From: an uncultured Gammaproteobacteria bacterium
GTDB lineage: Bacteria > Patescibacteriota > Patescibacteriia > UBA10025 > JAHIVO01
Assembly: GCA_964549245.1 (NCBI GenBank)
Contig: CAZJUO010000002.1
Coordinates: 1-53,724, forward strand
DNA: 53,724 bases
Reading direction: 5' to 3'
The notes under the pieces were generated by a model. It worked only from the letters and a program-made list of their open reading frames with translations, was not told the DNA's origin and ran no database searches. Below are positions 1-10,238 of this stretch, piece after piece. Made by a program: the position numbers and the translations under genes. The stretch's first letter is position 1. Each line of letters starts with the position of its first letter.

Positions 1-243
1 CATGAGCAAACTTAGGTAGGGTAATACTTTTAAGCCGATGCTCCCTAAGTTAACGAACATTTGCACAAATGAATTCAGATCGCATGGCTTTTCGCCTGAT
101 CCTGTTTGCTGGCTGCCAAGACATTCGTCGGGGATGACGGTCCAGCCGCTTGGATAGTCGGCTGCTTGTGCCGGCAGGGGCAGTAACATAGCGATACTAG
201 CCGCAATCAGTAATAGTAATGGGGTTGCTTTGGCGGGGTTCAT
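1..243 (-). CDS. small secreted membrane protein, TrbC/VirB2 pilin-like (3' end cut by window edge)
   Basis: Own translation of the minus strand from ATG 243-241 gives MNPAKATPLLLLIAASIAMLLPLPAQA (signal peptide) ...PDEC...EKPCDLNSFVQMFVNLGSIGLKVLPYLSLLM. The start overlaps the stop of the upstream gene (TAATG). The ORF is open at the edge, so it is absent from the ORF track. Confidence 0.4.
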   Translation of the reverse strand, partial: MNPAKATPLLLLIAASIAMLLPLPAQAADYPSGWTVIPDECLGSQQTGSGEKPCDLNSFVQMFVNLGSIGLKVLPYLSLLM

Positions 244-1652
244 TATTGTGTAGAATATTCTAATTGAATTTTACGGGCGGTGGTTTTTACCAGGTCGCTT
301 GTATCGACCGTATGGGCGGTGGCATCAGTTATCATTTCGGCGAAGTACTCTTCGGCAGTTTCGGGCTTTAATCCGTGATACCAGCTTTGCGCGGTTAACG
401 CCTGGCGCGCAAAGGTGCTCTGATCTGGATTGCCGAGCTGTTCATTGAGTACTGATCGGAGTACGCTGGTTTGGTTTGAAGCCTCTAGGTAAGGTTTGAT
501 ACGATCTGGCTCGGAAGCAAACTGCAAAAAGTCCCAAGCTTCGTCAATTTTATTAGCGCTGGTCTGTTTGGCAACGGTATAGGTCCAGTAGTTGGCGAAA
601 TTTATTTCGTTTTCTGGATTTACCTGTGGAACAGGAGCAATAGCGTAGCGCAATCCCTGGCTTTTGGCTTGGATTTCTGATTCTTGGTATTTATAGCCGA
701 AGAAAAAGGTAAGGTTTCCATCAGCGAAAAAATCAAGCGCATTGGGCATATTGCTATTCCAGGTATAAACGGATTTTACGGGCCAGGAAAAGTCCGTAAA
801 GAAACGCAATGCCTCGACGCCAGGATAATATTCGCTGTCTGCGGCAGAAGCTTTGTCAAAGGCAACCGTGTCTCCCGAAACCATGGTGGCGCCGTTCTGC
901 ATCATCAGCAGGGAAACGATATCATGCGCTCGAGGAACATTTTTATAGGCACCAAGGGCGGTAGCGGCCCGCAAAACATTATCCTGCCCGTCAACTACAG
1001 CGATATTCGCTACAGTAGTGGCAAAATCAGCCCAGGTTGAGGGGGGTTGGGCCAGGTGGGCTTGGTCGAGCAGATCCTTGTTGTAGTACAAAACGAGCGT
1101 GTCGACTCCGAATGGCAGGGCGTAAACCGATTCATCAAAGACAACGTCGTCGTATACTACGTCGATATAGTCACGACTGATATCGTTTGGGGTAAGGCCC
1201 GGTTCAGTGATATTTTTAAATTTAGTTTCAGTTTTAAATAAAATCTTCTCGGTACGGAAGTAGGTTACCGTTGTATTGGCCGGCATAGGCGTGATATAGC
1301 CCTTGTGTTTGAATTTGTTGATCCAAGAATTTGGTAGGGCATAAATATCGGGCCCGGCATTGGGTTGTTGTGCCCATCCCTCAACCAGCAGGCGCTCATA
1401 TTCTTCGTAACGTTTTTTTGCATAGTTTATCGTTACGTAAGGGTGTGACCGTTCATAGGCGTCAATGATGCCCTGCCAATCTGTTGTTTCGTCCCAAACA
1501 CCCCACATGGTTAGGGTGATTTTTTGGGGCGGACTTTCTTTTGGACTGACTAGAATGAAGAGTACAATAACGAAAATTAAAACAATGCAACCCAAAATTA
1601 TTATGATAAAGAATTTGGAAAGTCCCTGTTGTGAAGGCCAAGGAAATAACAT
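243..1652 (-). CDS. ABC transporter extracellular solute-binding protein (sugar-type family 1), N-terminal membrane anchor
   Basis: 469-aa ORF. It has a TM anchor followed by a periplasmic-binding-protein-like sequence (TLTMWGVWDE, YALPFGVDTLVLYYNKDLL). Confidence 0.7.
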   Translation of the reverse strand: MLFPWPSQQGLSKFFIIIILGCIVLIFVIVLFILVSPKESPPQKITLTMWGVWDETTDWQGIIDAYERSHPYVTINYAKKRYEEYERLLVEGWAQQPNAGPDIYALPNSWINKFKHKGYITPMPANTTVTYFRTEKILFKTETKFKNITEPGLTPNDISRDYIDVVYDDVVFDESVYALPFGVDTLVLYYNKDLLDQAHLAQPPSTWADFATTVANIAVVDGQDNVLRAATALGAYKNVPRAHDIVSLLMMQNGATMVSGDTVAFDKASAADSEYYPGVEALRFFTDFSWPVKSVYTWNSNMPNALDFFADGNLTFFFGYKYQESEIQAKSQGLRYAIAPVPQVNPENEINFANYWTYTVAKQTSANKIDEAWDFLQFASEPDRIKPYLEASNQTSVLRSVLNEQLGNPDQSTFARQALTAQSWYHGLKPETAEEYFAEMITDATAHTVDTSDLVKTTARKIQLEYSTQ

Positions 1653-1656
1653 GTAT

Positions 1657-2532
1657 TTAGAGTGAAAGATTTTTTAAATAAGCGCGCAAATCTTTTCCCA
1701 GATCATCCCGCTGAAGCGCGAATTCGATATTGGCCTTGAGGTACTCAAGCTTGTTGCCGGTATCGTAATATTTGCTATTTTTTATTTCACAGGCATAAAC
1801 CGGTTCTTGCTTCATGAGCTCTAGTATAGCGTCGACAAGCCACAGTTCACCGTCTTTGCCGGGCTTGATATTATTTAAGCAGCGAATGGCCGCGGGCGTC
1901 ATGATGTAGGCCCCGTGGGTAGCGAGGGTAGAAGGGGCTTCTTCGGGTTTTGGCTTTTCTACCAAGGACAGGATTTGATAGACGTTATCTTTAATGTTTT
2001 TAATTTCCGCAATGCCGTAGCGCGAAACATCTTCTCGAGCTACCGAAACGGCACTGATGACGGAATGGCCGTATGTTTCATAGACCTCTATCATTTGCTG
2101 CAGGCGAGGCGGATGGCTGTCAAAAAATTCATCTCCCCACAATACCGCAAAAGGCTCATTGTCATCCAGGAGATGTTGAGCTGATAATACGGGCGTGGCG
2201 TTGCCGTAGGGCCCCTTTTGCCGTACATAGACAAAGTTGGCCATGGTGGCGATTTTTTTTATTTCTTCCAGCTTTTCCAGTTTTCCGCTTTCTTCCAATT
2301 GGCGTTCAAGTTCTGCCGAGTGGTCAAAATGGTCTTCCAGCGATCGTTTTTGCCAGCTGGTTACTATGATAATGTCTTCAATGCCGGAATTAACCGCTTC
2401 TTCAACGACATATTGAATAACGGGTTTATCGACAATAGGCAGCATTTCTTTGGGTTGCGCCTTGGTGACTGGCAGAAAGCGCGTGCCAAAGCCAGCGGCG
2501 GGGATAATTACTTTTTTTATTTTTTTTTGCAT
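1657..2532 (-). CDS. galU: UTP--glucose-1-phosphate uridylyltransferase
   Basis: N-terminal IIPAAGFGTRFLPVTKAQPKEMLPIVDKPVIQY nucleotidyltransferase signature. Length of 291 aa is typical of GalU. Confidence 0.9.
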   Translation of the reverse strand: MQKKIKKVIIPAAGFGTRFLPVTKAQPKEMLPIVDKPVIQYVVEEAVNSGIEDIIIVTSWQKRSLEDHFDHSAELERQLEESGKLEKLEEIKKIATMANFVYVRQKGPYGNATPVLSAQHLLDDNEPFAVLWGDEFFDSHPPRLQQMIEVYETYGHSVISAVSVAREDVSRYGIAEIKNIKDNVYQILSLVEKPKPEEAPSTLATHGAYIMTPAAIRCLNNIKPGKDGELWLVDAILELMKQEPVYACEIKNSKYYDTGNKLEYLKANIEFALQRDDLGKDLRAYLKNLSL

Positions 2533-2594
2533 AGGCCAGAAAATATGCTTCAGATGTACTTTATTATATCATAAATCGGACAAAAAGTGAAGCC

Positions 2595-3632
2595 CTAAAA
2601 GCTTTGTTTGGTGGGCAGGGTATTTATTTCTGGCACCAGGCGCGGTTGCGCATACTCAAAAATTTTAATTGGAATAAGGGCAATATCAGTAACATCCCTA
2701 TTCGTAAAGGTAATTTTGGCAATGACGCCTTCACGAGTCGGCTCGGACCACATTTGGTCAAAGACAAAATTACCTAAACTGTAAAAAATATATCCGTGTT
2801 TATATTGTTCATAGGGTTGAAGCACGTGAGGATGGTGGCCGAGAACCAGTGTGGCGCCATGATCGATGGCAGTGTGGGCAAAGGTGATTTGCTCCTGGCT
2901 GGGTTGGTGACTATATTCAATGCCAGCATGCATGGAGACGACAATTATATCAACTTTGTTTTGGAGCTTTTCAATATCACGTATAAGCTTGTCGGTATCC
3001 ATAAAATAAACACCGCTTCGTTGATCGGTGGCTTGGTAGGCGCCAGGGGTAAAACCGCTTTGTGTGTAAGCCAGAAAGCCAAAGGTGGTCTTGTTGACCG
3101 TAAGTATGGCCGGTTGTGCTGCCTTATCCAAATTCATGCCCGCTCCGGTATGGGCAATGCCAGCCTGGTTTAAGGCTGTGATGGTAGTCTGTATGCCTTC
3201 AGCGCCCTGGTTGTTGAGGTGGTTATTAGCAAGTGACAGTATTGAAAAACCCGCGTATTGCAAACCAGTGACCGCTGTTGGGTCAGCGCGGAAGCTCATG
3301 CCGTATGGTTCGACCACAGCGCCTTTGATCAGGGGCGTTTCCAAGTTTCCAAAAACGATATCACCCTGTCTAGTATTGTCTGCCGTTTCCCTGAATGGAT
3401 AGAGCCAGTCGTTATGATTTATCATTTTCTGTTCCACGGTGCGGGCCAGCATGATATCGCCCACAGCAATCAGGGTGGTGGTTTTTGTTTGTGGTACGGC
3501 TATTTGGTAATCAGCTACCAACGGCCACGGAGCGGTGATGGCAATAATAAAAATGGTTATTGCGACAACACTAAACAAACCCACCAGCAGCCACCCAAGG
3601 AATGTATTTTTATTGAAGAGAAAGTTAGACAT
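2595..3632 (-). CDS. CapA family (poly-gamma-glutamate capsule synthesis-like) metallophosphatase, membrane anchored
   Basis: Motifs AVGDIMLAR, FGNLETPL, VSMHAGIEY and LGHHPH, with an N-terminal TM helix. Confidence 0.75.
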   Translation of the reverse strand: MSNFLFNKNTFLGWLLVGLFSVVAITIFIIAITAPWPLVADYQIAVPQTKTTTLIAVGDIMLARTVEQKMINHNDWLYPFRETADNTRQGDIVFGNLETPLIKGAVVEPYGMSFRADPTAVTGLQYAGFSILSLANNHLNNQGAEGIQTTITALNQAGIAHTGAGMNLDKAAQPAILTVNKTTFGFLAYTQSGFTPGAYQATDQRSGVYFMDTDKLIRDIEKLQNKVDIIVVSMHAGIEYSHQPSQEQITFAHTAIDHGATLVLGHHPHVLQPYEQYKHGYIFYSLGNFVFDQMWSEPTREGVIAKITFTNRDVTDIALIPIKIFEYAQPRLVPEINTLPTKQSF

Positions 3633-3635
3633 TGC

Positions 3636-4571
3636 TTACGTATCAAAGCCTAGTAATTGTATTTCAGTTTGCAGATCAATGGAAAATTGTTGCCTGACCT
3701 TATCGTGGCATAATTGCAGCAATTGGTAAGCTTGGCCGGCCGTACCGTGGCCGAGGTTTATAAAGTAGTTAGGATGCATCGCGCTGGTAGTTATCTCGCC
3801 AATAGCAGCGTTTCGCAAACCCGCCTTATCGATCAGCCAGCCGGCGGGTATTCTGCCCCCACGGCTTTTTGTTTGAGCTTCTTTTTCAAAAACATTCCGC
3901 AGTCGCTCGTCGCTGGCGACGGGATTAATAAACATCGAGCCAGCGCTTTTGATATTTTGAATCTGTTTTTTGTTGCGCTTGTTGACGGTGGCTTCTATGC
4001 GCTGTTGTATTTTTTTTGGCTCATCGTTGGATAAAGCTAGGTGCCCTTGGAGTATCAGCCATTCAGGATGGTGCTTAAAAAAGCTGCCACGATAGCCGTA
4101 CTGGCAATCTTGCTTAGAAAACGTTTTGTATTGCTTAGTGGTAGCGTTGAAAGCGGCAACTTCCTGCAGGCAGTCTTTTATTTCAGTGCCAAAAGCCCCA
4201 GCATTGCCTCGTATGGCGCCGCCCATAGTACCGGGGATACCCGCCAAAGACTCAAGACCACTTAGTGCGTTTTGTTGCGCCATGGCAATAACATCAGCCA
4301 GGGCGGCGCCAGCATCCGCAATGAGAGTGTTTTTTTGAACCTGAATACCGCTGGCAGCCAGTTTAATAACCAAGCCGTTATAGCCCTGGTCGGCTACTAA
4401 AATATTGCTGCCCCCGCCAAGCAAAAAATACGGCACGCTGTGCTGGTTGGCCCAGTTTATCGCCTGTTCGAGATCCGCGCGATCCTTGGCCTCATAAAAA
4501 TATTTAGCCGGTCCGCCCAAATAAAAGGTAGTTTTGGGAGCCAAGGGGATATTGTTTGTAATCGGTAGCAT
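3636..4571 (-). CDS. murB: UDP-N-acetylenolpyruvoylglucosamine reductase
   Basis: Motifs PLAPKTTFYLGGPA and FLLGGGSNILV (FAD-binding domain) plus a C-terminal MurB-like domain. 311 aa. Confidence 0.9.
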   Translation of the reverse strand: MLPITNNIPLAPKTTFYLGGPAKYFYEAKDRADLEQAINWANQHSVPYFLLGGGSNILVADQGYNGLVIKLAASGIQVQKNTLIADAGAALADVIAMAQQNALSGLESLAGIPGTMGGAIRGNAGAFGTEIKDCLQEVAAFNATTKQYKTFSKQDCQYGYRGSFFKHHPEWLILQGHLALSNDEPKKIQQRIEATVNKRNKKQIQNIKSAGSMFINPVASDERLRNVFEKEAQTKSRGGRIPAGWLIDKAGLRNAAIGEITTSAMHPNYFINLGHGTAGQAYQLLQLCHDKVRQQFSIDLQTEIQLLGFDT

Positions 4572-4580
4572 GATTGTATT

Positions 4581-4976
4581 TTATGAAAGCGGCAGAATAA
4601 AGTCCAGCACTATCCCGGTTATCAGGGCCAATCCAGAGAGGACAAAAATAAAAATATAATTCCACTTCTCTTTGGAGGTACGCAGGGTTCTAAAAATGTA
4701 TTGCATGGCCTGGCGGTCATTTTTTTCCAGGGGCAGTGATTCTACTTTAGCCAGCAGTTGGTGCTCGGTGATAATCTTGGCGCGTTTTTCTGAAATCTGG
4801 AAACGGTGAATAAAGTAGATGATAAAACCAACTGTACCGACGTACCAGGCGATTTGCACCCAGAGCGGACTGTAAAAATTGAGAACCACGATTACGCGGT
4901 AGGCAAAGGTGGCAATAATGCCAGACCAGAAAAAGAAGAGGCGAAGCATTGGTGAGTGTGCTTTGGTTTGTTCCAT
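4581..4976 (-). CDS. hypothetical integral membrane protein
   Basis: 131-aa ORF with 3-4 predicted hydrophobic helices. It is tightly packed behind murB. Confidence 0.5.
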   Translation of the reverse strand: MEQTKAHSPMLRLFFFWSGIIATFAYRVIVVLNFYSPLWVQIAWYVGTVGFIIYFIHRFQISEKRAKIITEHQLLAKVESLPLEKNDRQAMQYIFRTLRTSKEKWNYIFIFVLSGLALITGIVLDFILPLS

Positions 4977-5150
4977 AGAAAAGTATATTAGTTGGTTATT
5001 TGCTACTGTATATTATTCCCCAATTTGTTTAATTGGGCAAACCGGGCAATTGGTAATATTGACTTTTCTGACCATATGTAATAAGGTATATGCGGCTCTT
5101 TTTATATTAGAAATACAGATAATGCATAATAAACATCCAAGGAGGACAGA

Positions 5151-6323
5151 ATGCAAGGCATTGAAAAAGAATATGCCACCGTATGCATACGTGCGGTAAT
5201 CAGCGCATATCGCGCTTTATTTGAAGCAACAGCCGCTGAAGCTTTGAGCTTTACCGGACAGAGCGGGCGATATGGCAAAAGAGACACCATTGGCTTTGAT
5301 GCCATACCTGAAATAATTATTGCGGATCGGCTTAAAGCTTTTGATCGGCACAGCATTTTGATCACTGAAGAGCTGGATGAGGCGGCCAAGAAACGCTGGC
5401 CCACCGATTCTGATCCGGTTCGACAGCCGCTAATGTTTTTTTCTGATCCGGTTGACCGATCAAAACAATTACGCCGGCTTATCGAAGGTTTATCAAAAGA
5501 CAAGCCGCTCCAACGGCTAGGAACATTGATGGGCCGAAAGAAGTGTATAGGTCTATGGGAAGAAATGTTTGAACCTCCCGCGGCCATTACCGGCGCTACT
5601 ACGTCCATTACCTGTGTTCGAAAGGGCGGCGTGATTTTCTCTGTCGTACTGAATCTGATTTCCCAGACGATATTTCTCGCCTCCGGTGATGGAATTTTCC
5701 GCATGAAATTACCTGCCTTTACCAATGAGAAGCTTGACCAGATCGATTTTGACTACATTATAAAACATGGTCGGTCATTGAACTTTCCATTGGCCAAAGA
5801 TACCTGTTTTAGCCCCGGTGATTATAAACGTTTTGTAACTTTTTTGGGCAAATCCGGGTATAAAGAGTGTTTCAATGATAGCATGATATTTGTCACCGAG
5901 CCTGACGATTATCTGCATCATACTGAACCGGGAGGACCGGCGCGAATACTGTATTTATCCGAACTGCAAAAAGGCTACGGGTCCATTGGTTTTATTCTCG
6001 CCAATGGCGAAAAGATCGGGGAATGGATACACTGGCTGGCTTTTGTAAAATTCTGCCGTAAGCAAGGCGGCCAGAAGCTTCGGGTTTTTGAAATTTTCAT
6101 TGAGCGGCCATGGACCAAAGAAGGCATTCTTATGTCAACCTCGCCCGCCTACAGCATTTTTTGCGAGGATGAACGAGGTGTTTACCTTGACGTCAGCCGT
6201 TTGAGAAATTTCAATAAGCCCAGCAAATTCCGCTCCATGCTGGTAGTTACTACCTCGGATAATGAGCGGATTATCCACGTCATGAAGCAGCACGGCTATC
6301 GGGAAATTCACTTTATTAAATGA
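5151..6323 (+). CDS. divergent inositol-monophosphatase/FBPase-fold (FIG superfamily)-like protein
   Basis: FDAIPEIIIADRLKAFDRHSILITEELD and FFSDPVDRS resemble the IMPase EE and DPxDGT metal motifs. The C-terminal GEKIGEWIHWLAFVKFCRKQGG lines up with the WDxxA...AGG region but is degenerate. Confidence 0.4.
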   Translation: MQGIEKEYATVCIRAVISAYRALFEATAAEALSFTGQSGRYGKRDTIGFDAIPEIIIADRLKAFDRHSILITEELDEAAKKRWPTDSDPVRQPLMFFSDPVDRSKQLRRLIEGLSKDKPLQRLGTLMGRKKCIGLWEEMFEPPAAITGATTSITCVRKGGVIFSVVLNLISQTIFLASGDGIFRMKLPAFTNEKLDQIDFDYIIKHGRSLNFPLAKDTCFSPGDYKRFVTFLGKSGYKECFNDSMIFVTEPDDYLHHTEPGGPARILYLSELQKGYGSIGFILANGEKIGEWIHWLAFVKFCRKQGGQKLRVFEIFIERPWTKEGILMSTSPAYSIFCEDERGVYLDVSRLRNFNKPSKFRSMLVVTTSDNERIIHVMKQHGYREIHFIK

Positions 6324-6396
6324 GTACACACTCCTCATCTGTCAGCAGATGGGGAGTTTTTTGACATCTTGGGCCAAACGCGATATATATACAGGC

Positions 6397-6975
6397 ATGA
6401 TGAATAAAATAGTCCTGGACATTGAGACAAAAAATTCTTTTTCAGAAGCGGAGAGCAGGGAGGCTACGGCGCTGGATATATCCTTGTTGGTTATTTATGA
6501 GTATGCTACTGATACGTATCATAGTTATACGGAAAAAGAATTTAAAAAGTTATGGCCGCTTTTAGAGCGAACGGATTTGATAATTGGCTATAATTCAGAT
6601 TATTTCGATATCCCCCTGCTCAATAAATATTATCCGGGCGACCTCCAGCAGATACCCAGCCTTGATTTACTGGCCGAAATATATAAAACATTGGGCCGCC
6701 GCGTTTCTCTTGATATGGTGGCTTCCGGAACCCTCGGTGCCAAAAAAATCGGCAAAGGGTTGGAGGCCATACGCTGGTGGCGGGATGGCGAGATAGACAA
6801 AGTGCGCCGCTACTGCCAGGAAGACGTGCGCTTAACCAAAGAATTGTATGAGTACGCGCTGGCTAACAATAAGCTGCGCTTCAAATTGGTAAATGATATT
6901 GTTGACGTACCGCTGGATACGAAAGATTGGGAAAAACGCGGCCGATCGGCTTTGAATTACACACTGCCTATTTAG
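6397..6975 (+). CDS. RNase H-like 3'-5' exonuclease domain protein (DEDD / PolB-exonuclease-like)
   Basis: LDIETKN (ExoI), IIGYNSDYFDIPLL (ExoII) and YCQEDVRLTKELY (ExoIII). The start was moved to ATG 6397 (MMNKIVLDIE). Confidence 0.65.
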   Translation: MMNKIVLDIETKNSFSEAESREATALDISLLVIYEYATDTYHSYTEKEFKKLWPLLERTDLIIGYNSDYFDIPLLNKYYPGDLQQIPSLDLLAEIYKTLGRRVSLDMVASGTLGAKKIGKGLEAIRWWRDGEIDKVRRYCQEDVRLTKELYEYALANNKLRFKLVNDIVDVPLDTKDWEKRGRSALNYTLPI

Positions 6976-7029
6976 GTTGGTGGGACGGAAGCACAATAAA
7001 AAATCCACGAATTCATTTGTTTGGGGATT

Positions 7030-7050
7030 ACCGCTATTAGGCGGTTTTTA
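7030..7050 (+). terminator. weak intrinsic terminator after the exonuclease gene
   Basis: ACCGC-tattag-GCGGT followed by TTTT. Confidence 0.4.
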
Positions 7051-7117
7051 AATTGGAAGGACAGAATGGCTGCTGGTAAAAAGCATCAAGGTATTTGCCA
7101 TCAGAGGTAAATAGTTT

Positions 7118-8842
7118 TTAACTGCCGTTGCTTGAACAGCCGGCGTTTACCTCTCCGGTTAATTTTTTGGTTATATCATCGTAAATAAATGGCGTGTGCC
7201 GTCCCTGCGGAAAAGTGTAGTAGCATTTCGGCAGGTATTCAAAGGATTGGTTAAAATACGTATTGAAAACAAGCCGGAAGATATTGGCTGGGTCGGCCGC
7301 AGTACTAAGCATGTCCTGGTTAACTTCTGGCAGGTGATAGGCGGCCAGAATACCATACTTCATTTCCAAATATTGCTGTGACCATTCTCTCATGTCAGCT
7401 TCATCAAGGGTGTCCAATACGTTCTCCACGACCAATTCCTCTGATAGCAATTCTATTGGATAGGGGCCCTCGTCAGATTGTATTACAATAATTGCTTGAT
7501 TATTACTATTGGCATTGATTTTTTGGATTAATTTTTTGAACTGCTGGTTTAAAAAAAGTATTTGGTCGGTATATTTCTCTTTTATGGAAGTGTCTATGTT
7601 ATTATTGCCAATATTGTCTGATAACGACCCGTCAGGATTGAAATAGTATGGGGGGTGCGGCGACATAATGTGCGCAAAGATAAAACGATTTCCTGATGGC
7701 CCGTCAGCAATTTGGTCCAATGTTTTGAATTGCTCCAGTATGTAGTCCGCCCCGCCTTGTGCGCGATCAAGGCCAGCTATGGTGTAGCTGCCGATTTTTA
7801 AGGACCGCTTTTTGATAATAGACCAGAAAATACTGTGGGAAAGGCTTTTCTTTTCCGAACCAGTAGGTATATACGTTTTATTAAAGAGGGTCAATTGAAA
7901 GGGCGTTAGCAGTTCATCGGCCAGCGGAGCTTGGCTGGTTGCTTCATACCAATTACCGATATGATAATACGTATAGCCCAGATTTTTAAGCTCTCTAATG
8001 ACTGGAGAATAATGTATTGAGCGGTGGTAGGGCTGAACGGTTTGCAAGGAGGCCTTTTGGAATTTTGTAACCACATCAGAGTTGTAGTCGGCCATCAAGG
8101 TGGAGGCCACTGACATGGCAGTAAAAGGGTAGTTGCTTTTGGCGTCAGGCGGCACATAAAAATTATTTTCGGTAAGAAAATTAATAAACTCTGAATTATC
8201 AAAATCAAAGTCCTGGCGGAGGATGTCTTGGCTGGTATAGCGGTCAGGGACAATATAATAAATATCAGGCTTAGTAGTATCCTGGTCAGTTGGAGAGGCC
8301 GTAACCAGCGAATCTGGTTGATAAAAAAATTGCGGCCATTGGACAATTACCGCTTTGACAAAAGGATAAAACTGGATAATAAAGGCAACGACAACGCCAA
8401 TGCATATTGACCGATAAAGAATTTTGCTTTCAAAAGCGATTTTTTTCGTTACTTTCTGGATAATAAGGGCAAGTAACAAGCCGATAATAACGGTGGAAAA
8501 AAACAAAATGAGAGCAAAGTAAAATTCTTCAGTTTGGTTAAATTGATTTTGAAATTCAAAAAGGGGGCCGTTGTATTGGTGGCCAATAATAAAAACGGTA
8601 AAAATTCCCCCGACTATACCAGCCAGCCGATTTTTATTAAAAGGGAAGACAAAGAGGGCGGCTATCAGCACGGTGAGGATAGCATTCAATAGTACAGGCA
8701 GGATAATGTCCTGGAGAGTGATTGACGGGCGGTCCCGCAGCCAAGTACTGATAACTGGCAAGAGGCCAAACAAGAAGAGGATAAAAAATAACAGCAGCCA
8801 GTTTTTAATGTATTCTAAAAATATTGATAGTCTTTTTCCCAT
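7118..8842 (-). CDS. membrane-bound sulfatase-like (alkaline phosphatase superfamily, LTA-synthase/phosphotransferase-like) protein
   Basis: About 5 N-terminal TM helices, then an extracytoplasmic domain with IYYIVPDRYTS, FIFAHIMSPHPPYYF and IVIQSDEGP. Confidence 0.65.
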   Translation of the reverse strand: MGKRLSIFLEYIKNWLLLFFILFLFGLLPVISTWLRDRPSITLQDIILPVLLNAILTVLIAALFVFPFNKNRLAGIVGGIFTVFIIGHQYNGPLFEFQNQFNQTEEFYFALILFFSTVIIGLLLALIIQKVTKKIAFESKILYRSICIGVVVAFIIQFYPFVKAVIVQWPQFFYQPDSLVTASPTDQDTTKPDIYYIVPDRYTSQDILRQDFDFDNSEFINFLTENNFYVPPDAKSNYPFTAMSVASTLMADYNSDVVTKFQKASLQTVQPYHRSIHYSPVIRELKNLGYTYYHIGNWYEATSQAPLADELLTPFQLTLFNKTYIPTGSEKKSLSHSIFWSIIKKRSLKIGSYTIAGLDRAQGGADYILEQFKTLDQIADGPSGNRFIFAHIMSPHPPYYFNPDGSLSDNIGNNNIDTSIKEKYTDQILFLNQQFKKLIQKINANSNNQAIIVIQSDEGPYPIELLSEELVVENVLDTLDEADMREWSQQYLEMKYGILAAYHLPEVNQDMLSTAADPANIFRLVFNTYFNQSFEYLPKCYYTFPQGRHTPFIYDDITKKLTGEVNAGCSSNGS

Positions 8843-8846
8843 TGCT

Positions 8847-10238
8847 CTATTTTATTTTAGTCTGCATGAGGTATAGAATCCTTTTACTATCGGACAGGGC
8901 AATTTTTTCCCGTATCTGAAAATATTTTGAAAACTCGGATTCAAAAGAAGCTTGGTGGTAATTGGGAAAGATATCTTCCCGGCTGACGAGCAGGCGCTGG
9001 GCATTGGAATCTTCCTTGGGCACGAATTCGATGCATAAATACTCCAGCTGTGAGCTGAAGAAACGCGCGATATTGGCCAGCGGCAGGTTATTTGAAATAG
9101 CCAAGTGGTGGATGAAAGCCAGACACAATCCCATGGAAAATTTATAGCGGCCCAAAAAAGCCTTTCTTTCTTTATTGGACCAGCCGATAGCGGGGCTGGG
9201 GCTGGTCAGATCTATAATAAGCGGCAGCAGGAATTCATCTTTTTCTTTTTTGGCTGTTTGGTAGCAGTGCTCAATGGCCAGCGGGTCGATGTCGGTGGCC
9301 AGGGTAAATATTTTTTTCTGCGAAGCCAATGCGCTGAAACTGCCGTCATTAGCACCGGCGTCCCAAACAGAATCAGGCTGGCAGGCGGTGATCCATCGGG
9401 AAATCACCTCTTTTTTTTGCCGAAAAGCACGAGAGGAATAATTGGTTTGCTGGTAATAATCACCCCATTCGGTTTTATGCTTTGAAATATTTAATGCTTC
9501 CACGGTGGATTGGAGGCTATTGATAATACCCAGTAGCCTGGATTTGCTTAAATGCAGCTTCGATTTTTTATCCATATTATTTGTAGAAGCGTGCTTGGCC
9601 AGGCTTCGCGCGTGGAGGTGTATGTGGGTAGCCAAGCCCATCGATAGCCTTGTTTTGCCAGGCAGCAGCTTGGCGGCTAAGCCTAATGGTATCCCATCAA
9701 GATATAACTGCGTTAGCTTGCCCATGGTGATATCCGTATGGGCCAGGAGGGCCAAGGGCGCCAAAAAGTGCTGGCAAAATTGGCGGTAGGCTACCCAGGG
9801 ACGGTTTTCTTTATACCGTTCAAAGGAAAGCGTGTCGATAAGCGTTGGTGCGCCCCGTAAAAATTGGATATTATAAGCACTAGCGTCTTTTAAGCTAAGG
9901 CCGTGCTGCAGGGCCAGGGATTGTATTTTTAGCGTTACCAAAGCCGCATCCTTGAGCCGGCCAAAACTCCATTCATAAGGATAGGAAATAAACGGTATTT
10001 GTTCCGGTTGGATGACTTTATAGGCCAGATCAGGAAGCTTAACAGTATCCAGCTCCCGATGGCCAATCATCAGCCGTAAGTCAGTTAAGATTTTTAATAA
10101 TCCAGAACTAACCAGCCGGTCATAGTCGGCTTGGTAGATTTTGTTTATTTGACGGCAATAAAGACCGTCTTTTTTAAACACAAAGCCGCTCGGATCCCTA
10201 AACGATGAGTCAACGGCGGCGTAGGGTGAATCGGTCAT
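8847..10238 (-). CDS. class I SAM-dependent methyltransferase with a large N-terminal extension
   Basis: The C-terminal half has VWDAGANDGSFS (SAM motif I-like). The N-terminal roughly 230 aa are unassigned. Confidence 0.6.
   Translation of the reverse strand: MTDSPYAAVDSSFRDPSGFVFKKDGLYCRQINKIYQADYDRLVSSGLLKILTDLRLMIGHRELDTVKLPDLAYKVIQPEQIPFISYPYEWSFGRLKDAALVTLKIQSLALQHGLSLKDASAYNIQFLRGAPTLIDTLSFERYKENRPWVAYRQFCQHFLAPLALLAHTDITMGKLTQLYLDGIPLGLAAKLLPGKTRLSMGLATHIHLHARSLAKHASTNNMDKKSKLHLSKSRLLGIINSLQSTVEALNISKHKTEWGDYYQQTNYSSRAFRQKKEVISRWITACQPDSVWDAGANDGSFSALASQKKIFTLATDIDPLAIEHCYQTAKKEKDEFLLPLIIDLTSPSPAIGWSNKERKAFLGRYKFSMGLCLAFIHHLAISNNLPLANIARFFSSQLEYLCIEFVPKEDSNAQRLLVSREDIFPNYHQASFESEFSKYFQIREKIALSDSKRILYLMQTKIK

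Noticed and set aside
5102-5725. Long antisense or overlapping ORFs appear in the ORF track. Examples are 5102-5725(-), 16577-16996(-), 13628-14152(+), 38922-39374(-), 29163-29585(-) and 15091-15501(+).
   Set aside because: Each lies opposite or out of frame within a gene that has clear family motifs. Their sequences are low-complexity or Arg/Ser/Cys-rich, typical of shadow ORFs.
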